Assembly: GCA_963759765.1 (NCBI GenBank)
Contig: CAVXAL010000002.1
Location: 464,228 to 528,227 of the forward strand
Origin: Candidatus Aminicenantes bacterium
GTDB lineage: Bacteria; Acidobacteriota; Aminicenantia; UBA2199
Length of the DNA stretch: 64,000 nt
Reading direction: 5' to 3'
A model generated the notes under the pieces. That model was not told where the DNA came from, searched no databases, and saw only the letters and a list, made by a program, of their open reading frames with translations. The translations under genes were made by a program, and so were the position numbers. The stretch's first letter is position 1. Each line of letters begins with the position of its first letter. Shown one piece after another: positions 9,685-16,500 of the stretch.

Positions 9685-11355
9685 ATGAACAGACCCGGAC
9701 TTCGTCTTTTGATCCTGGCATTCCTGATCCTTCTGGCAGGCCCTGAAACCATTGCCTCCGACACGAAACAATTTGTACCTACCGCCGGCATGAAGGGTTT
9801 CGAGCTGAGTCCTCGCCCGGCCCCGGCGCAGGTCGCCCGAGAATCCGAAGAAGAAATGAAGGGGAAGGGGTTCGCGAGGATAGGAACAATCAGCAATTGG
9901 GTTATCACGGCAACCTACTGGGGTTCCACGGATCTCAACGTGTCCGCTCCGTCGACGCGGCGGGATCTCACGAAAGAGGTCTGCGAAGAAGCCGCCGAAC
10001 GCGGCGGCGATTTCGTGACCCTGACGGAGGACAATCTTCCCATCAAGCGGCACGTAACGAAGAACGGCAAAGCGATTCGTTGGCACACAGAGGATAGGCA
10101 GGTGACGGTCAACATAGGCACCGTGGATAGGCCTGTATATAAGGACCAATGGCATACGACCAAAGTGGCTGATGCATGGGAGCAGATCCCTGGCGTCCAA
10201 TGTTCTGTCAGGAGCTCAGGGGATGTCTGGCGCAACGAGCCGGACCTGCCTCGCCGATTTGCCGAATGGAGAAAGGTGGTTGCCGAACGGGAAAAGGCGG
10301 AACGCATGGCCGCGCGCAAGAAGGAGACGCGGAGCGTTTTTTTGCGTGGTGGGGATTACTACTGTCCACCCCGCGGGGTCTATGCGGAGGGCCTGAAGCC
10401 CTTCATGAACGCCGATGAACGTGTCGGGTATGCCGACCGGGACGGCACGACGGTCATCGAGCCGCAGTTCCTCTTTGCGGAGAATTTCAGCGACGGACTG
10501 GCCCAGGTGTTGGCCGAGGGGGAAGGCACGTCGTATATCGACAAAACCGGGACGCGGGTCCTCGTGCCGCCATCCCATTCCTGGCGATGGGGGGATTTCC
10601 GGGAAGGTATGGCACGTGTAGGGGTTGGCGAATCGTACCCGGACCAGGACCTGAAATGGGGGTACATGGACACGACCGGAAAGCTCATCATCCCGGCACA
10701 GTTCGACGACGCAGAGGACTTTTCGGAAGGGCTCGCGCGGGTGAAGATCAAAGGTGCTTCAGACAAGTGGGGATACATTGACAAGAAGGGACAGTATGTT
10801 GTCCCGCTCCAGTTTCTTGTAGCCGGCGATTTCCGGGACGGGCTTGCACCGGTCATGCCTTTCTACCGGGGAGGGAAGTATGGCTACATCGATCCTACGG
10901 GGAAGTGGGTCATTCCCGACACCCAATTCCTGGGCGCCCGGGAGTTCTCGGAAGGACTGGCGCCCGTCGAGATCAACCTCGGAACCGACAAACGGGTGAA
11001 TTTCAAATGGGGTTACATCGACAAGCAAGCCAACTTTGTGATCAAAGCGCAATTCGACGAGGCGTTCCCCTTCTCGGACGGCATGGCCCGGGTGGTGAAG
11101 ATCAAGGGGTGGGACACGAAGAAGTACGGGTTCATCGACCGGACGGGGAGGATGGTCGTCGAACCGGTCTACGACAAGGCGAACGATTTCTGGGACGGAC
11201 TGGCTGTCGCCTGGCCGGTCTGGCAGGTGAACCTCGAGAAATGGACGTTGAAATCCCCTCCCGGAAAGATCCTCAACAAGGAGGGACAGATCATCGGCGT
11301 ATTGGACGTGCTCGGGACGGTCCGGTGGATGTCCAAGCCGCAAGGCGATCGCTGA
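9685..11355 (+). CDS. secreted WG-repeat protein, paralogue family member 2
   Basis: The ORF track starts at 9490. The internal ATG at 9685 gives the signal peptide MNRPGLRLLILAFLILLAG. At least seven WG repeats are present (KWGYMDTTGKLIIPAQFDDAEDFSEGLARV, KWGYIDKKGQYVVPLQF, KYGYIDPTGKWVIP, KWGYIDKQANFVIKAQFDEAFPFSDGMARV, KYGFIDRTGRMVVEPVYDKANDFWDGLAV). Confidence 0.8.
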   Translation: MNRPGLRLLILAFLILLAGPETIASDTKQFVPTAGMKGFELSPRPAPAQVARESEEEMKGKGFARIGTISNWVITATYWGSTDLNVSAPSTRRDLTKEVCEEAAERGGDFVTLTEDNLPIKRHVTKNGKAIRWHTEDRQVTVNIGTVDRPVYKDQWHTTKVADAWEQIPGVQCSVRSSGDVWRNEPDLPRRFAEWRKVVAEREKAERMAARKKETRSVFLRGGDYYCPPRGVYAEGLKPFMNADERVGYADRDGTTVIEPQFLFAENFSDGLAQVLAEGEGTSYIDKTGTRVLVPPSHSWRWGDFREGMARVGVGESYPDQDLKWGYMDTTGKLIIPAQFDDAEDFSEGLARVKIKGASDKWGYIDKKGQYVVPLQFLVAGDFRDGLAPVMPFYRGGKYGYIDPTGKWVIPDTQFLGAREFSEGLAPVEINLGTDKRVNFKWGYIDKQANFVIKAQFDEAFPFSDGMARVVKIKGWDTKKYGFIDRTGRMVVEPVYDKANDFWDGLAVAWPVWQVNLEKWTLKSPPGKILNKEGQIIGVLDVLGTVRWMSKPQGDR

Positions 11356-11568
11356 ACCTGCCTCGGATCGATGTCACGCTGAGGTGTCGGCCGTAAAGTG
11401 AGATCTTCAAGCACCCATGCCGAGCGCGTCGCGGCCAAGCACGCCGTGACGCTCGACAAGCGTTTCATCCACCCCAGGCCGGAGCGGAAGGAGGGCTGAG
11501 CCGGCCGTGTGCCGATGGCGCGCCGAAACAGGGACGAAATGATTGGCGTTTTTTTGGCGCCTTGAATC

Positions 11569-11606
11569 CTAAAAGGGCTTAAAATCCCTTAAAATTGCCT
11601 AAGCAC
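11569..11606. repeat. four YTAAAA/YTAAGC units spaced exactly 10 bp apart (phased A-tracts)
   Basis: Read directly: ctaaaagggc ttaaaatccc ttaaaattgc ctaagcac. Unit starts are at 11569, 11579, 11589 and 11599. Ends in TAAGCAC, as the 1493 array does. Confidence 0.6.
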
Positions 11607-11681
11607 TTTTTCTCTGATCGGAGCCGCGTGGGCGGGCCTAAATAGCTAACTTAACGATTCATATGGGGGGAAACAAGAAGC

Positions 11682-11763
11682 GCGCCCGGGGTGACTCGAA
11701 CACCCGACCTGCTGATTCGTAGTCAGAGGGCGTCCCGTTCTAATTGATTGATATTGCTACGGT
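11682..11763 (-). tRNA. tRNA-Arg(ACG)-like remnant or pseudo-tRNA (3' two-thirds canonical, 5' part degenerate)
   Basis: Reverse strand reads TCTGA-CTACGAA-TCAGC (anticodon arm, loop CU-ACG-AA), AGGTC, GGGTG-TTCGAGT-CACCC (perfect T arm), then CGGGCGC-G. Upstream only CCGTAGC...TAGAACG resembles the D region. The 5' acceptor strand pairs at 4/7 positions, and an extra GGGACGCCC precedes the anticodon stem. No CCA is encoded. Confidence 0.5.
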
Positions 11764-11938
11764 TGTGAACTTTCCTCTCTCCGCTTGCCCCACTTTTGTC
11801 CCACTTATGAACTCGGGCACAGAAAACTCCGCAGGAGATACGATATCCACTTATTGGGGAAGATAAAGCGTGCCTAAGAGGATTCGAACTTCCGGCCTTT
11901 GGATCCGGAGCCACAAGAGCTTTCCTTATACCCCGCCT

Positions 11939-12496
11939 TCACAATACGAAGGGGATGAACCGATAGGTCTTTTTCATATAAGCTTCGTATTCCGGACCGA
12001 AAAAGCGGATGCACTCGGCCTCGTCCGCTCGAGCAGTCAAGAGTAGGCAGACGCTCGCGAAGGCGGCCAGTCCACCTCCGGCCCACGATGGACGTTTGAA
12101 GAAGATGCCCCAAGCCAGTAGGAGCAGGGAACAGTAGAGTGGATGGCGGATGTACTTGTAGATGCCGGTCGTGACCAGCCGAGTGGTCTTCTCGAGGCCC
12201 AGCAGGTTAGGGTCCGTTTCACGCTGCTCGACTGGTTTGCCCACGCGTATCAACAGTACCGTCCCCCATATGACTGGGACGAGGCATGCGCACAGCATAA
12301 TCCAGGCGATGATTTGATACCAAGCGAAGGGATTCTCGAACCAGTGCTCTATGTTGAACAGGGACAGACCTACCATGGCCTCCCAGGCAAAAAACCGGAA
12401 AAAGCCGTGCGAACGTGGATCGCGAAGCGAGGCGCGTGAAATAAAGACCAAGACCCCCGTCACGATGCCGAAGACGATCCACTTCCACAACATCAT
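11939..12496 (-). CDS. isoprenylcysteine carboxyl methyltransferase (ICMT/PEMT-like) family membrane protein
   Basis: 185-aa multi-pass ORF with the family motif LVTTGIYKYIRHPLYCSLLLLAWGIFF. Confidence 0.75.
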   Translation of the reverse strand: MMLWKWIVFGIVTGVLVFISRASLRDPRSHGFFRFFAWEAMVGLSLFNIEHWFENPFAWYQIIAWIMLCACLVPVIWGTVLLIRVGKPVEQRETDPNLLGLEKTTRLVTTGIYKYIRHPLYCSLLLLAWGIFFKRPSWAGGGLAAFASVCLLLTARADEAECIRFFGPEYEAYMKKTYRFIPFVL

Positions 12497-12826
12497 TCCC
12501 TTCCGCCGACAACGGATAGGGACCTTCTTCTAGGTACCGCGCCCTTCCGTCGGTGATAAGAATTGGAGCCGCGCTTTTTCCTCACAAAAAGATGATATTG
12601 CCGGCTGCAGATTTATGTCAAGGATCTCACGAACGGCGTCCCGGAACTTTGACCGCCAGGTTATGGGGCCGCCGCACAATCCCCCGCTCTCGGCTGAGCA
12701 CCATAAGCCGCAGACTTAGTCTCACCTGACCGCATCGAGTGCCGCGCCGCTCAGCGTTTTAAGGGTTGTCGCCTGGGGTGAGTGGTGAAGAAAAGCTATG
12801 GAAAATTATTTTTTCGCATTCCCCCC

Positions 12827-12855
12827 TTGACAAGCAAAATCAGAAAAGTTAATAT
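12827..12855 (+). promoter_or_regulatory. sigma70-type promoter TTGACA-N17-TAATAT
   Basis: -35 ttgaca at 12827-12832, a 17-nt spacer, -10 taatat at 12850-12855. It sits about 50 nt upstream of the AbrB-like ATG at 12905. Confidence 0.6.
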
Positions 12856-12873
12856 TATCAGAACAATCTGATA
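12856..12873. promoter_or_regulatory. perfect 7-4-7 inverted repeat TATCAGA-ACAA-TCTGATA (candidate operator)
   Basis: Read directly. It abuts the -10 element, and a third half-site-like ATCAGG follows at 12875. Confidence 0.5.
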
Positions 12874-12904
12874 AATCAGGCGTATCATACGAAGGAGGAA
12901 CGCC

Positions 12905-13180
12905 ATGGCCAAGAGAAAACAGCTTGGAGATTATTGTTCGGTCATCGGGGAGGGAAGCTGCAGAGTCGCAGCGCTGGTCAGCGTCGATGAGCGCGGCCAG
13001 ATGGTTCTTCCCAAGGAGATTCGGCAGCAGGCCAAGATCAACGCCGGTGACAAGCTCGCGCTCATCACCTGGGAAAAGTCGGGTGAAATCGGCTGCCTCT
13101 TCCTCATCAAAGCCGAAGAAATCGGTGAAATAGTCAAAGACTTCCTGAGCCCGATGATGACGGATTTGACAAAAAAGTGA
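12905..13180 (+). CDS. AbrB/MazE/SpoVT-family DNA-binding protein
   Basis: 91 aa. SpoVT-AbrB core VSVDERGQMVLPKEIRQQAKINAGDKLAL, with an N-terminal Cys pair (YCSVIGEGSC). RBS GAAGGAGG. Confidence 0.75.
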   Translation: MAKRKQLGDYCSVIGEGSCRVAALVSVDERGQMVLPKEIRQQAKINAGDKLALITWEKSGEIGCLFLIKAEEIGEIVKDFLSPMMTDLTKK

Positions 13181-13212
13181 TGGTAGCTGTTGGCAGAACA
13201 AAGGAGGATAAA

Positions 13213-13404
13213 ATGAAAAAGAATGTTGGCGGGATTGACCGCGGTGTGCGCATTGTCCTCGGCTTGGTTATTGGCGCCTTGGGCATCTATTTCAAGAGCT
13301 GGTGGGGCCTGATCGGGATCCCACTTTTTTTGACCGGCCTGATTCGCTTCTGCCCGCTTTACATCCCCTTTAAAATTTCCACATTCAAGGCAAAAAAAGA
13401 TTAA
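13213..13404 (+). CDS. DUF2892 (YgaP-like) small membrane protein
   Basis: Internal ATG with RBS AAGGAGG. MKKNVGGIDRGVRIVLGLVIGALGIYF...GLIGIPLFLTGLIRFCPLY matches the DUF2892 pattern. Confidence 0.75.
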   Translation: MKKNVGGIDRGVRIVLGLVIGALGIYFKSWWGLIGIPLFLTGLIRFCPLYIPFKISTFKAKKD

Positions 13405-13527
13405 AGAAATTCGCCTGCACTCGGTGTGAGAACAGCGAACGGCTGCAGCTGCGTTGCTCTTGACACGGATTCTTTTTTAATGAACCATCTGGCCTGAGGG
13501 AAATCTTCTGAGGGCGGAGGTGAGCTC

Positions 13528-16500
13528 ATGAAGAGAATCGTGATTTTCATTCTGTTCGGGGCGGTTATCTTAACGATATTTGTTCTGTCCTCGGGCGCGG
13601 GCCTCCCTGTCGAGCAGGGAAGCCTGCGGGCACATCCGCCTGTTGCTGCCGCTGGTCAGGAAGGCACCCCCAAAACCCTGCATCTGAGAGCCGGCGATTA
13701 CGATGTCACTGTTTCCGCCAACGGCGCTGTCATGGCGGTGGAAAAGAGAGGCGGCTACGCGCTTAGGAACACTGGCCTGGACACGGCTGGTGAGCTTATT
13801 CTCGATGACCGAGTTTTCCCGCTGGCCAGTCCAACTGCGGTCGAGGAGAAAGTTGACGGTCTCCATTTTCTCTATGACGTGGCCTCAACTCCGGACCTCC
13901 GGGTCGAGCTCGTTTATCGGCTGACGCAAACCGGAAAGTCGGTCAGCCTGGTCCGAGAGATCAACCTGGCGTCTGCCGCGGCCTTGGCCACACCCGCCGC
14001 TCCTCCTTCCTCAGCGAGATTCGGGGCCGACCTTACGGTCCGCCTTCCTCTCGCCCCCCTGAGGCTCACGCCAGAAACCTGGCTGCCACTCAAAAACGGC
14101 GTCGGCAGGACCCTGGCCGACGATAAGCAGGCCATGTATCGCTTCGCCGGCGTCCTTCGCTCCGAGGGAGTGCCGCTCGCCATACCCATGGTCAGCTTCG
14201 CCGCAAAAGAATTCGCCGGCCGCGTGACCGTGGCTTTGGATCCTTATTACTCGGTGCTGTTCTCCAGCGATGCAGTTGAGTGGACGTACCCCAAATCCAT
14301 TGGCCTCGAAAACGGCAAGGAAAGCCGCTCCCTCGCCGTCATCTTCCATCCCGGCACCCCGGACGATGCGGTCGCCGAATTCTACCGCTGCGCTCTTGCC
14401 GATGTTCCGCCCGGGCCTTCCTGGCTCCATGACATCGCCCTGGTTGATTACGACTACCTGAGCGAGGGCGGACGCGGCTGGTTCAAAGATATCGCTGCCC
14501 TGACTGCTGCTATCGCCAGGGAGGACCGCGCCAAAGTCCTGCTCTGTCTTCACGGCTGGTACGACTTTGTCGGCCGCTACACGTTCGACCGGCATACGAA
14601 AACGCTGTCCCCCGCCTGGACCGCCTTCGCCAATTATCCGCAAGTCAAAAAGGACTTCCCCTTCAGCGTGCCCGTCGCCCTGACTCTCAAGGACATGCAC
14701 GAGCGCCTGGCCTATGCCCGGTCGCGCGGCTTCCGCGTCGCGCTCTACTTTGCCGACGGCATGAACGCCGGCGACGGCCTCGCCGACATCTACGCAGCGG
14801 AGCGCGTACTCCGCTGGGGCGGGTGGCAAGGCCCGGACACCAGGGGCAAGACCTACGTCCAAAACCCTCTCTGCCCCGAGGTGCGCGGTTTCTTCCTCGA
14901 CTATGTCAAGGCCCTTCTCCAGGAGTATGGAAAAGAGCTCGACGCCCTGGTCTGGGATGAAACGTTCCATGTGCCGGAGGGGAGCCTGGGCTCGGAAATG
15001 CGGCCCGGCTATGCCGACCGGGCCATGATGCGTCTGACCCGCGACATCACCGCCGAGGTCCGTGCCTTCAACCGGCGCGCCGGTCAAGAGGTGGCCTTCC
15101 TGGCCTCGGACTGCATCGGCGTTTTCAACTGGGTGACGAAACCGCCCTATGCGCTGGTCGCCGACGGCACCTACCAGGACACCCACTGTGCGCCCGAGGC
15201 CTGGTCCTTCGGGATTTTCCCCAACTACCGCAACGTCCTCTGGTCCTGCAACTGGGAGCCGGTCACGCACTGGGATTACACCGAATTCGGCGTCCGCAGC
15301 TACCAGACCGCAGTGGCCGTAGCCAACGGCTGGGGAGATTACTGCGGGTTCGCGGCGATGTCGCCCGCCCTGAAGCAGAAGGTCCTGGCGCTCTTCAACT
15401 GGCGCAAGCGGTTTCCGACGCGCCTGCGAACGCTGGACAGGCTCCCCGTCTATCAAGGCCATCCGGTTGTCAAGTGCATCGCCGATGAGGTCGCTGCCGG
15501 GATTTCCTTTCTGAGTTGGGACACGGAAGGCGGCGACAGGGTCGACACGAACCTGCTGAGGACGGAGTCCGCGGTTAAGCTGCAATTCCTTGAGAATGGC
15601 GCCTGGCTCGACGCGCAGATGAAAAAGCGGAGCGTCGAAGAGAGCGGGGCGGTCAACTATGAACTCGAAGCGGGTGGCGCGCGCTTGACCTGGAGGATTG
15701 AACCGGGAGCAATCCGGGACGTCGGCGGCAAGCTCAAGCTGGCGGTAAGCGCTCCCGGAAACCGCCTAGAATCCGCCCGGTTCCTCTTTCCCTTTGCACC
15801 CGGAATCACGCCTGTCACCGTGCTGCCGAGCGTCTGGCAGGACGACGGGATTTTCCGCCTGCCTGCGGTCATCAACGCGCCTGACTTCGGCCCGCTGCTG
15901 CTTGCGGAAGCCGGTGGCCGGAATGTCTGCGGCCGGCTGGAAGGGAGCCGGCAGAACAAAATCGTCGACCTCACGCTCGAACTACCCGAAATCGTGGCCG
16001 ACAAACCGATCACCCTGACCCTCACGCCACTCCTGCTGAAGCCTCCTGCCGGGCTCGGCGACGCCAACTTGTGGCATTCCGCCCGGCGCGGCTGGCTCAA
16101 CGCCCTCCAGCCCTGCGCCCGCTGGGGCGAACAGGACAAGCCGTTCAGCTCCCCGGCCGGAATACTCGGGAACAATGTTGTCAGCGACCCGGCCAGCGTC
16201 TCGCTCTGGTTCTATGCCGACCAGGCCTTTTGGACTCCGGAGGTCGCGCCCGGCGTCTCCCTCATGCCGCTCGTCCGCCGGACGATCGATTACTGGCTCG
16301 ACCAGCGCCTGCGGCGCGATGAGCAGGGCCGGCTGACGGGCGAGATCACGGGCTACTGGGACTACGGGAATTTCCTCGACGCCAACGCCTCGCCGCTCAT
16401 CTCCGCCTGGGACTACGTCGAGGCAACGGGCGACCAAGCCTGGCTCAGGGCGCGGATCGAACGGCTTGAGCTCGTGGCTGACTTCCTGGCCCGCCGCGAT

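Noticed and set aside
11680-11940. Possible tmRNA (ssrA) or an intact tRNA spanning the two tRNA-like pieces.
   Set aside because: No 5' strand complementary to the 3' acceptor CGGGCGC was found within 400 nt. The region is too short for tmRNA, and no plausible tag reading frame ending in a hydrophobic ..AA tail is present. No cloverleaf closes.
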